Below are positions 41,455 to 52,204 of a stretch of DNA of 64,000 nucleotides, piece by piece. The DNA is taken from assembly GCA_963783575.1 (NCBI GenBank), contig CAWAOD010000003.1, forward strand, positions 96,001-160,000, written 5' to 3'. Within the stretch, counting starts at the first letter, position 1. Each line of letters starts with the position of its first letter. The notes beneath the pieces are model-generated. The model saw only the letters and a list, made by a program, of their open reading frames with translations, searched no databases and was not told the origin of the DNA. The translations under genes and the position numbers were made by a program. The DNA is from an uncultured Spirochaetota bacterium. Lineage in GTDB: Bacteria; Spirochaetota; Brevinematia; Brevinematales; JAOACQ01.

Positions 41455-43971
41455 ATGGAGAAGGAAAGGGAGTTTATAGCGCATTATAGGGAAAAAGATA
41501 AGAAACCTCAAACTGTAGCAGAACATTTACTACAAGTTTCCCAAAAAACTGGTAAATTTGCATCAATAATCGGTTTAAAGGAAGTTGGAGAACTTATCGG
41601 TTTGCTTCATGATCTAGGAAAATACAGTGAAGAATTTCAAAATTATATTGGATCGGCAACGGGATTAATTGATATTGATGAAGAAAATTATGTTGATAAA
41701 ATCGGGAAGAAAGGAAAAATTGACCATTCCAGCGCAGGAGCGCAGGTAATTTTTGAATATTTTTTTCCTAAAGGCCCAGAGGGTCTGATTATCGGTCAAT
41801 TTTTATCTCTGTGCATAGCTTCACATCATTCAGGATTAATTGACTGCATTGAACCGGATGGAACAAATAATTTCAGTCGTCGTTTAAGTAAATCGGAAGA
41901 AAAGACTCACAAAAACGAGGCTATGAATAATATTTCCGATGATTTAAAACAAAAATTAAATAAGTTATTATCTGATGAAACTGTTGTCAATCAATTAGTC
42001 TGCAAGCTTAAGAATTTAATAGACAAAAATAACGATTCAAAAGAAACTTTTAATTTCAAGAGAGGTTTATTGATTCGCTTTCTTTTTAGCTGTCTGGTTG
42101 ATGCCGATCGTCTGGATTCAGCAGCTTTTGAAAAACCGGTAGGAACTATGTTTAGAAATTATGGGGATTATACCTCCTGGGATATTTTAATTGAAAGGCT
42201 GAATCAAAAAATCATCGAATTTGACGCTAAGGTAAATAGAAATAAAGTGGATCGGATCAGAAAAGAAATATCCGATGACTGCTATTCTTTTGCTGATCAT
42301 ACAAATGGAATTTATCAATTGACAGTCCCAACAGGCGGGGGGAAAACTCTTTCCAGTTTAAGGTTTGCTCTTTGCCATGCAAGACGGAATAAAATGGATA
42401 GAGTTGTTTATATTGTTCCTTTCACTACCATTATCGACCAAAATGCAGAAGAAGCAAGAAAAATTCTGGAGGATCGGGATTCAAAAGGAAAATATTTGAA
42501 CCGCGTAGTATTGGAACATCATTCAAACTTAACACCGGAAGAAGAGAACTGGACACAAAAGTTATTATCGGAAGACTGGGATGCGCCGGTTGTATTTACA
42601 ACCAGTGTTCAATTTTTAGAATGTTTGTTTGGATTCGGTACCAGAAGTGCAAGAAGAATGCACCAGCTGGCTAATTCGGTAATTATTTTTGATGAGATTC
42701 AAACTATACCGATAAGGTGTGTTCATCTTTTTAATATTGCTCTTCGCTTTCTGGTTCAGAATTGTGGATCGACGGCAGTACTTTGCACTGCGACTCAACC
42801 GCTCCTTGATTTATCTAAAATAAAACCGGAATATAAAACTCGCTCTTTATCCATCATGCCAGAACAACAGATGATGAAAGATGTGAATAAGCTTTTTAAG
42901 AATTTGAATCGGGTTGAGGTATTTTATAAGAGAATAGCTGGAGGCTGGACAGATATCGATGTAAAAGATTTGGTTCTGGAAGAACTTCAGGAAACGGGAA
43001 GTGTCTTGATAGTTGTTAATACAAAAAAATCGGCAAAAACATTGTATAAAACTATCCTGAATGAAAACCGGGGAAAAACTTTTCATTTGAGTACCGATAT
43101 GTGCCCCAGACACAGAATGATCGTTTTGAAGTATATTAAAAGACGTCTGAAAAAAGAACCTATTATTTGTATTAGCACACAATTGATAGAAGCCGGTGTT
43201 GATATTGATTTTGGGTCGGTTATCCGTTATCTGGCCGGTTTAGACTCCATTGCGCAGGCGGCTGGACGCTGTAACCGTGAAAACAGATTATGCGATTCCG
43301 AAGGGAATTTAAAACCCGGCCGGGTTTTTATTATTAATCCGATAGATGAAAATCTTGATAAACTTGAGAATATCAGTATAGGCAAAGAAATAACGGAACG
43401 TGTATTAAATGCGTATAAAAATACACCGAATAGTTTTGATAACAATATACTGGGACCAAAGGCTATGGAACTTTATTATCAATATTATTTTTATGAACGG
43501 CAGAATAAAATGAATTATCCTGTTGGAAAAAATTCGGAAGCTGGCAGGGAGGATAATTTATTTAACTTATTATCAGTCAACAGCCTGTCTGTTAAAAATT
43601 ACTGGAAAAACAATAATGATACATCACCGAACATACCGCTGAAACAGGCTTTTATGACCTCTGCGAAAGAATTTCGTGCATTTGATTTACCCACAAGAAG
43701 CTTGATTGTGCCTTTCGGAAGAATGGGAAAAAAGATAATAAATGAACTTTGTGCTTCACCGGATATGGAAAAAGAATTTAAACTTCGTAAAAAAGCACAG
43801 AGGTATTCAATTAATTTGTTTCCCTATATTTTCGATAAGTTGATTAAGAAGGGGGCTATTCATGAAGTTCAGAAAGGAGCAGGCATATATATTCTGGACA
43901 AACAATATTACAGCAATCAATTTGGACTGAGCGAAGAACCTGTCAACGAAATGGAATTTTTAAACATATAA
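41455..43971 (+). CDS. cas3: CRISPR-associated helicase/nuclease Cas3 (type I-C)
   Basis: HD motif LHDLGK, LVDAD, Walker A PTGGGKT, DEIQ, STQLIEAGVD, QAAGRCNR. Confidence 0.96.
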   Translation: MEKEREFIAHYREKDKKPQTVAEHLLQVSQKTGKFASIIGLKEVGELIGLLHDLGKYSEEFQNYIGSATGLIDIDEENYVDKIGKKGKIDHSSAGAQVIFEYFFPKGPEGLIIGQFLSLCIASHHSGLIDCIEPDGTNNFSRRLSKSEEKTHKNEAMNNISDDLKQKLNKLLSDETVVNQLVCKLKNLIDKNNDSKETFNFKRGLLIRFLFSCLVDADRLDSAAFEKPVGTMFRNYGDYTSWDILIERLNQKIIEFDAKVNRNKVDRIRKEISDDCYSFADHTNGIYQLTVPTGGGKTLSSLRFALCHARRNKMDRVVYIVPFTTIIDQNAEEARKILEDRDSKGKYLNRVVLEHHSNLTPEEENWTQKLLSEDWDAPVVFTTSVQFLECLFGFGTRSARRMHQLANSVIIFDEIQTIPIRCVHLFNIALRFLVQNCGSTAVLCTATQPLLDLSKIKPEYKTRSLSIMPEQQMMKDVNKLFKNLNRVEVFYKRIAGGWTDIDVKDLVLEELQETGSVLIVVNTKKSAKTLYKTILNENRGKTFHLSTDMCPRHRMIVLKYIKRRLKKEPIICISTQLIEAGVDIDFGSVIRYLAGLDSIAQAAGRCNRENRLCDSEGNLKPGRVFIINPIDENLDKLENISIGKEITERVLNAYKNTPNSFDNNILGPKAMELYYQYYFYERQNKMNYPVGKNSEAGREDNLFNLLSVNSLSVKNYWKNNNDTSPNIPLKQAFMTSAKEFRAFDLPTRSLIVPFGRMGKKIINELCASPDMEKEFKLRKKAQRYSINLFPYIFDKLIKKGAIHEVQKGAGIYILDKQYYSNQFGLSEEPVNEMEFLNI

Positions 43972-43981
43972 GGGGTGACAT

Positions 43982-44768
43982 ATGGAAAACAGAATCAGAA
44001 ACACGGTTGAATTCAAGGTATCCGGTAAATATGCCCTGTTTACCGACCCACTCACAAAAATCGGCGGTGAAAAATGTTCCTACCAAATTCCAACCTACGA
44101 AGCTCTAAAGGGCATTCTCAGTTCCGTTTACTGGAAACCCACAATTATCTGGATTATTGACAGAATGCGGGTAATAAAACGCATCAAAACCCAGACCAGG
44201 AGTATGAAACCTCTGAATTATGGAGGTGTATATCCAACGGCTAGAGATTTAAGCAAAAAAGAAGAACCATTTAACTCATTGTCAATTTATACTTATCTTG
44301 CCGATGTGGAATATCAGGTTCAGGCGCATTTTATATGGAACAAGTATCGGGAGGATATGACGAAAGACAGGAATGAAAATAAGCACCATTGCGTTGCCCG
44401 CAGGATGATCGAGCGCGGTGGCAGGCGGGATATTTTTCTGGGAACACGGGAGTGCCAGGGATATGTAGAGCCTTGTGTATTCGATAAAGAAACGGGATTT
44501 TATGACAATTATGGTGAACTTTCTTTTGACCTGATGTTTCATGGATTTGATTATCCGGATGAGATCGGAGAACCGAAACTTTACTCACGGTTTTGGAGGC
44601 CGAAGATGATAAACGGAATTATTGATTTTATCAACCCGGATGAAAAAAACGATAATCGTCATGAAACGGAAGTTTGTCAGAAGAATGACCGCAAAACCTC
44701 TGGCTTCAAACGGACTTGAAGAAGAAGGCTTGTTGGAAGGTTGTGAAAATAAGGAGGCGGAAATATGA
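43982..44768 (+). CDS. cas5: Cas5c (Cas5d); an extra A near 44645 shifts the C-terminus
   Basis: Motifs ALFTDP, SYQIPTYEALKG, FLGTRECQG. The corrected frame ends in an ATGA overlap with cas8c. Confidence 0.93.
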
Positions 44769-46726
44769 GCTGGATTCAAAAGCTCTATGATACCTATGAA
44801 GCATGTCAACCTGTGATTGGAAAGGATATTAAAAATCCGCTTTTGCCAATATGCCACATTTTACAAAAGGTTCAAATTGAGATTACAATTGATAACGAGG
44901 GCAATTTTATTAAAGCAGAACCAATATATAACGAAAACGAAGCAAAAACAATAATTCCTTGTACAGAAAACTCCGCAAGCAGAACAAATAGTCCAGCACC
45001 ACACGCGCTTTGTGATAAATTACAATATGTTGCGGCAGATTATAAGGAATTTGGCGGAGAAAAAAAATCATATTATAGTGATTATCTAAAACTGTTAGAG
45101 TCCTGGTGTAAATCAGAATTCAAACATCCGAAAGCTGTAGCTGTCTTTGAGTATATTAAAAAATGCCGAATAATTGCGGACTTAGTGGATTCTAAGGTTT
45201 TTTATGCTAAAGATGGAAAATTAATGAAAAAGTGGGAAGGAGAAAAAAAGGATAAGCCAAAACTGTTTACAATTTTCCAAAATCAGACTTGGCAAGCTGA
45301 GTCATTTATACGATGGATTATTATAAAACCGGGAGAACTCCAGACAAAAACTTGGACTGATGAATCTCTCTGGAAAAGCTGGATAGATTATTATTCAAAT
45401 TTAAGAAATGAAAAAGGATTCTGTTATGTAAAAGGAACTTCCTTATTACTTACAGACTTACACTCAAGGTACATCAGGAAAGAGGGAGATGGAGCAAAAT
45501 TAATTTCTTCTAATGACACATCTGGCTATACCTTCCGTGGTCGGTTCTTAAATGCAGATCAAGCCAGTGGAGTCAGTTTGGAAGTTTCCCAAAAGGCGCA
45601 TCTTGCATTGCAATGGCTAATAAGGCGGCAGGGGAAGATTTTTTATGTCAAAGGTGATAATGGAAAGTTTGAACCCGCTTTAACTATTGTTGCTTGGTCA
45701 ATTTCCGAAAATCAAACTCCTGATTTAATAATGGTTGATACCTCTGGGATAATAGGTGAAGACGATTTGCCAAGTGATGAAGCATCGTTAGCCTATACCG
45801 CCCAGGATTTTGCTTTAAAATTGAACAAAAAAATTTCCGGTTACAGTCAAAATCTGAGAGATACAAAAGGTGTAGTTGTGATGGGTCTGGATTCCGCCAC
45901 TCCCGGACGTATGGCAATCACTTTTTATAGAGAATTGACCAGTTCGGAATTCCTGGATCGGGTAGAAAACTGGCACAAGACCTGTTCCTGGATTCATGAT
46001 TATGGTGTAAAAGAAATAGATAAAGATGGTAAAATGGAGAAATCTTACTATCGGTTCGTCGGCGCTCCATCTCCTGATGACATTGCACTGGCAGCCTACG
46101 GCAGGCATTTGGATGATAAACTCCGTAAATCGACCGTGGAAAAGCTTTTACCGTGCATCATTGACGGGCAAAAATTGCCAAAAGGTCTGGTAGAGTCGGC
46201 GATCAGTCGTGCGAGTAACAGGGTTGGAATGAAAAATTGGGAATGGAACAAAACGCTCAGCATTGCCTGCGCGCTTTATAGAAAATATTACGAGAATGAA
46301 AATTATAACGGAAAGGAGGGTTTTGATATGGCACTTGAAGAAAACCGAAGAACCAGGGATTATCTTTACGGAAGGCTTCTAGCACTTGCAGACAGGCTGG
46401 AGGAATATGCGTTAAGCAAATCAGGAGAAAAAAGGGCGACAAACGCCGCAAGATATATGCAGCAATTTGCTAACCGTCCCAATAAGACATGGCAGCAGAT
46501 TGAGACGGCATTATCTCCTTATCTTGCAAGACTAGGAGGCAGGGCAATCTGGTATAAAGATTTGGTAGATGAAGTAATGGGCAAATTCGATTCAGTCGAG
46601 AGCTTTACGTTAGATAAACCATTAACTGGTGAATTCTTATTGGGCTATCATTGTCAAAGAGAAAAGCTAAAACCATCAAAAAAAGAAGAAAATCAGGATG
46701 ATTTTTCTGAAAAACAAGAAAGTTGA
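44765..46726 (+). CDS. cas8c: Cas8c/Csd1 large subunit
   Basis: Motifs MSWIQKLYDTY, PHALCDKLQY, AKLISSND, TPGR, DYLYGRLLA, FLLGYHCQ. Confidence 0.94.
   Translation: MSWIQKLYDTYEACQPVIGKDIKNPLLPICHILQKVQIEITIDNEGNFIKAEPIYNENEAKTIIPCTENSASRTNSPAPHALCDKLQYVAADYKEFGGEKKSYYSDYLKLLESWCKSEFKHPKAVAVFEYIKKCRIIADLVDSKVFYAKDGKLMKKWEGEKKDKPKLFTIFQNQTWQAESFIRWIIIKPGELQTKTWTDESLWKSWIDYYSNLRNEKGFCYVKGTSLLLTDLHSRYIRKEGDGAKLISSNDTSGYTFRGRFLNADQASGVSLEVSQKAHLALQWLIRRQGKIFYVKGDNGKFEPALTIVAWSISENQTPDLIMVDTSGIIGEDDLPSDEASLAYTAQDFALKLNKKISGYSQNLRDTKGVVVMGLDSATPGRMAITFYRELTSSEFLDRVENWHKTCSWIHDYGVKEIDKDGKMEKSYYRFVGAPSPDDIALAAYGRHLDDKLRKSTVEKLLPCIIDGQKLPKGLVESAISRASNRVGMKNWEWNKTLSIACALYRKYYENENYNGKEGFDMALEENRRTRDYLYGRLLALADRLEEYALSKSGEKRATNAARYMQQFANRPNKTWQQIETALSPYLARLGGRAIWYKDLVDEVMGKFDSVESFTLDKPLTGEFLLGYHCQREKLKPSKKEENQDDFSEKQES
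46328..46726 (+). CDS. cas11: Probable internally translated Cas11 small subunit
   Basis: In-frame ATG preceded by AAGGAGG inside cas8c, just before the DYLYGRLLA domain. Confidence 0.7.
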   Translation: MALEENRRTRDYLYGRLLALADRLEEYALSKSGEKRATNAARYMQQFANRPNKTWQQIETALSPYLARLGGRAIWYKDLVDEVMGKFDSVESFTLDKPLTGEFLLGYHCQREKLKPSKKEENQDDFSEKQES

Positions 46727-46740
46727 AATAACGGAAGCAC

Positions 46741-46808
46741 CCGGTCATTGAGCGGAGTCGAAATGACCGGTAGATATTTGACGGGCACCTCGGCTCCGCT
46801 CGGTGTCC
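46741..46808. repeat. Palindromic doublet (GAGCGGAGTCGA / CTCGGCTCCGCTCG) between cas8c and cas7
   Basis: CCGGTCATTGAGCGGAGTCGAAATGACCGG-N12-GGGCACCTCGGCTCCGCTCGGTGTCC. Confidence 0.8.
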
Positions 46809-46841
46809 AAATATAATAACAATTTTAAGGAGGAATTTTAT

Positions 46842-47805
46842 ATGGAAACTCTGAAAAACAAAATTGATTTCGCGGTAATTATCAGTGTCAAGAACGCCAA
46901 TCCGAACGGCGACCCACTCAATGGGAACCGTCCCAGGGTCAATTATGAAGGCGAAGGCGAGATTTCCGATGTCTGCATCAAGCGGAAAATCAGAAATAGA
47001 TTGATGGAAGCAGTTGAAACCGATGAAAAATGTGAACCAAAAATTAAAGATGGAAAGCCAATTTACAAATATAAAGTATTTGTCCAGCCGGATGATAATC
47101 GTTTAGATGATTATCGGAGCCTGCGTTCACGTGCGGAAGGCGAATTGAAAGGCATTGATATGAAAGATGATAAAAAGTACCGTGAAGAAGCCTGTAAGAA
47201 ATGGATTGATGTCCGTGCATTCGGGCAGGTGTTTGCCTATAAAGGTGGCAGTAAGAAAGGCAAGAAAGAAACAGAAGGTGAAGAGGAAAAAGGAGATGAT
47301 AAAGGGGTTTCGATAGGTATACGAGGCCCGGTTTCAATTCATTCCGCATTCTCGAAAGCTCTCGTGAATGATCGAGTATCAAGTATTCAAATAACAAAAA
47401 GCGTTAGTGGAGAAGGAGATAGCGGTAAGCGTGGTTCCGATACAATGGGTATGAAACATCGGGTAGATCATGGAATTTATGTATTCTATGGGGCTATGAA
47501 TCCACAGCTTGCAAAATTGCCGCATGGTACTGGCTTCAGTGACGATGATGCAAAAGCGATTAAAGAGACTTTAATTAAATTGTTCCAGAATGACGCTTCA
47601 TCGGCGCGTCCGGAAGGGAAGCATGGAAGTCGTAAAATTGTACTGGTGGCAGCATAATTGTGCTTCCGGGCAATATTCATCAGCTAAAGTTCACCGATCG
47701 TTGACGGTAGAACCAAAAAGTGATAATCCGAAATCGATTGAGGATTATGAGATAAAATTATCAGAATTGCCTGGTTTAAAGCCGGAAATATTGGATGGTT
47801 TATAA
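46842..47805 (+). CDS. cas7: Cas7c/Csd2; an extra G near 47616 shifts the C-terminus
   Basis: Motifs NPNGDP, SDVCIKRKIRN, DVRAFG, DTMGMK; corrected NDASSARPEGSMEV..SSAKVH. Confidence 0.94.
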
Positions 47806-47840
47806 ATTTTCTCGAAATACTATAGGTTTTCTACTTTCCC

Positions 47841-47886
47841 TTCAGGATTGTACGGAGCAGTCGCGACTGCTCCGTACAATCCTGAA
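47841..47886. repeat. Perfect 46-bp palindrome between cas7 and cas4
   Basis: TTCAGGATTGTACGGAGCAGTCG|CGACTGCTCCGTACAATCCTGAA. Confidence 0.9.
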
Positions 47887-47940
47887 AGGCATAATGCGGC
47901 AAGGGTTCCTTAAGTAATATAATAAAAAGGAGGCCATCCA

Positions 47941-48589
47941 ATGCCCTATCCCGAATCCGATCTAATCGCCATCTCCGCACTCCAGCATTACATCTTCTGC
48001 CCCCGCCAGTGCGCGCTGATACATATCGAGCAGGCCTGGGAAGAGAACAGTTTAACCGCCGAGGGAAGAAACCTCCACGACCGCGCACATGGCGATTCGG
48101 CCGAAACCCGTCCGGATTGCCGGAGGATTTTTTGGCATGCCATTGAGGTCGCTGGAACTGGGTCTAACAGGAAAGGCCGACTGCGTAATGGAGACGCCGG
48201 AGGGTAAGTATATTCCACTTGAATATAAGCGCGGGAGGCCGAAAGTAAAAGAAATGGACACCGTCCAGCTCTGCGCGCAGGCTTTTTGCCTGGAGGAAAT
48301 GACGGGGAAAAACATTGAAGAGGGATTTATCTATTATTTCCGGATTAAAAAAAGGCTGCATGTTAATATCGATAAACCTTTAAGGGACTTGACGGAACAG
48401 ACTGTCCGCGGCATACGGACAATGATGGAAAGCGGCAGAACACCGCCGCCGGAATATTCCAAACGCTGCGAATCGTGCTCTCTGGAGGAACAATGCCTGC
48501 CGGAAGCGGTAGGTAAGAAAAAATCCGTGAAGAAATATATCGTGAAAATGTTGGCGGATGATATTTCTAAAGTAAATATAGGAGGCTGA
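47941..48589 (+). CDS. cas4: Cas4; an extra T near 48130 splits the ORF
   Basis: Motifs ISALQHYIFCPRQ, GKAD, EYKRG, QLCAQ, CESCSLEEQC. Confidence 0.93.
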
Positions 48590-48591
48590 AT

Positions 48592-48978
48592 ATGCCTTAT
48601 ATGTATATACTTGAATGCTCTGACGGGACCTATTATACTGGAAGTACATGGGATTTGGAAAAAAGATTGGATGAGCATAATAGTGGTGCCTCGGAGCCGC
48701 CAAGCGGCCGGGGAGCAAATTATACCAGGAAAAGACTGCCGGTAAAAATTGTTTATTTTGAACAATTTGAACGGATTGAATCTGCTTTTAAACGGGAAAA
48801 GCAAATTCAAAATTGGAGCCATGTGAAAAAGAAGGCTCTTATAGATGCAAATATTAATTTAATCCATAAATTTGCTATTTGCAGAAACCAAAGCCGGTCT
48901 CCGAGCGTAGTCGAGGAGCCGGATGATACGAAATGGTCGTCTCGGCTTCGCTCGACGACCGATATAAAAGGAAATTAG
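48592..48978 (+). CDS. GIY-YIG nuclease family protein
   Basis: YMYILECSDGTYYTGST, RLDEHN, GANYT..RLPV, AFKREKQIQNWS..KK; GGAGG RBS. Confidence 0.9.
   Translation: MPYMYILECSDGTYYTGSTWDLEKRLDEHNSGASEPPSGRGANYTRKRLPVKIVYFEQFERIESAFKREKQIQNWSHVKKKALIDANINLIHKFAICRNQSRSPSVVEEPDDTKWSSRLRSTTDIKGN
48894..48960. repeat. Palindromic doublet in the 3' end of the GIY-YIG gene
   Basis: CCGGTCTCCGAGCGTAGTCGAGGAGCCGG-N12-GGTCGTCTCGGCTTCGCTCGACGACC. Confidence 0.8.
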
Positions 48979-48980
48979 TC

Positions 48981-50012
48981 ATGAAACGCCTTCTCAACAC
49001 TTTATTTGTAACCACACAGAAAACCTACATGAGAAAACAGGGGGAAACACTGGTTGTCCAGCAGGGAAAGGACATTCTGCTTCAACTGCCGCTGATCAAT
49101 CTTTCAAGTATCGTCTGCTTCGGAAATATCCGCATCAGCCCTTTCCTGCTTGGGAATTGCCCGAAATACGGGATCAGTGTGAGTTTCCTGTCCCAATACG
49201 GCAAATTTCTCGCGCGTGTACAGGGTCCGGTATCCGGCAATGTACTGCTCAGGCGTGCCCAATACCGGATGACGGACGATTCTAAAATCTGTGCTGATAT
49301 TATCCGAAATATAGTCATCGGAAAGATTTCCAACTGCAGGACAGTTCTGCAAAGGGCGCAAAGAGACCATGCAGGTAAAATCGATGAAGCTAAAGTCAAT
49401 AGCGCTGTCGAATCACTGGAAAGGGCAATGAACAAAGCCATGGAAGCGAAAGAAGCGGATGTATTGCGTGGAATTGAAGGTGATGCGGCCCGTGAATATT
49501 TTGGAGTATTCAATGAATTAGTCGTCACACAAAAAAATGATTTTACATTTAATGAACGTTCAAGAAGGCCGCCGCTGGACAGGGTTAATGCTCTTTTGTC
49601 CTTTGTTTATACCCTGCTTTATCATGATATGCGCTCTGTACTGGAATCTACCGGGCTTGATCCGGCAGTCGGTTTTCTGCACCGCGACCGGCCGGGGAGA
49701 TTGTCGCTCGCTCTTGATTTGATGGAGGAATTCCGGCCGTATTTTGCGGACAGGCTTGTTTTGTCATTGATAAATCTTAAACAGATCGAACCGAGACAAT
49801 TCAGAATTCTGGAAAACGGCGCCGTTTTAATGAATGATGCGGCAAGGAAAACGGTTTTAGCAGCTTATCAAAAGCGCAAGCAGGATTCGATCAGGCATCC
49901 ATTTGTTGACAATGATATGCACATCGGCCTGTTATTTCATACGCAGGCTCTTCTTCTGGCAAGGTATATCCGGGGAGATATTGATGGCTACCCGCCTTTT
50001 ATCTGGAGGTAA
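48981..50012 (+). CDS. cas1: Cas1 (type I-C)
   Basis: MKRLLNTLFVT, SGNVLLRRAQY, LRGIEG, RRPPLDRVNALLSF, LDLMEEFR, YPPFIWR. Confidence 0.97.
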   Translation: MKRLLNTLFVTTQKTYMRKQGETLVVQQGKDILLQLPLINLSSIVCFGNIRISPFLLGNCPKYGISVSFLSQYGKFLARVQGPVSGNVLLRRAQYRMTDDSKICADIIRNIVIGKISNCRTVLQRAQRDHAGKIDEAKVNSAVESLERAMNKAMEAKEADVLRGIEGDAAREYFGVFNELVVTQKNDFTFNERSRRPPLDRVNALLSFVYTLLYHDMRSVLESTGLDPAVGFLHRDRPGRLSLALDLMEEFRPYFADRLVLSLINLKQIEPRQFRILENGAVLMNDAARKTVLAAYQKRKQDSIRHPFVDNDMHIGLLFHTQALLLARYIRGDIDGYPPFIWR

Positions 50013-50014
50013 TT

Positions 50015-50302
50015 ATGATGGTTCTGGTCAGTTATGATGTTGCGGAGGATGAGCTTGGTAAAAAAAGACTCAGGCATGTTGCAAAAATCTGCAAAAACTT
50101 CGGGCAGAGGGTTCAGTATTCCGTATTCGAATGCCTGGTAGATCCCGCCCAATGGGCTAAAATGAAAGATGAACTGATCCGGGAAATTAACCCGAAGTTC
50201 GACAGTCTCCGATTTTATTTTCTTGGGGCTAACTGGAAAAAGAGGGTTGAACACCTCGGGGCAAAAAAGAGTTACGACCCGGAAGGTCTTCTATTAGTTT
50301 AA
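50015..50302 (+). CDS. cas2: Cas2
   Basis: Motifs VSYDV, GQRVQYSVFEC, DSLRFYFLG. Confidence 0.97.
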   Translation: MMVLVSYDVAEDELGKKRLRHVAKICKNFGQRVQYSVFECLVDPAQWAKMKDELIREINPKFDSLRFYFLGANWKKRVEHLGAKKSYDPEGLLLV

Positions 50303-50476
50303 TGCGCGAACTACAGGGAAACATAAATTTGCATTTTATTGAGGTTATAGAACTATAGGCTATATATGAAAATAAAAAGGATTACAAAACGGATAAATAA
50401 TTTCTTTGATAATTTCTGTGGCTTCGCGGAAACAGCAATATAATATTTTGTTATATATGAAAATATCTTATATACA
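50303..50476 (+). promoter_or_regulatory. CRISPR leader
   Basis: AT-rich stretch between cas2 and the first repeat, with inverted CGCGAA / TTCGCG motifs. Confidence 0.75.
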
Positions 50477-51900
<1,424 letters not shown>

Positions 51901-52204
51901 GCCACTAATTACACGAATAGATTCTACTGGTGTTCACTAATTCTTATTAATTAGGGCAACTTGTGGTGAGCTATTCCAAATCCATTTTTGGCTAAGTTTC
52001 TTCATGGCTTCCCGCCTTCCTGTGAAAAACACGTATATGCCCGATAGAAATATTCGATTAGAAGTTGAAAAAAGTATGTAAGAACCTGAAGAGCCATAAA
52101 TTTTATAGTTAAAAAAAAGTTTTTAATACAGTCATTGCCTTCTTTTTTTGAAAGAATATTAAATATAATATAAAATATTGAGCTGATTTTAATTAGGAAA
52201 TATT

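Noticed and set aside
43982..48589. Programmed frameshifting or pseudogenisation of cas5, cas7 and cas4
   Set aside because: The same indel pattern affects housekeeping genes such as porA and pfp, so sequencing error is more parsimonious.
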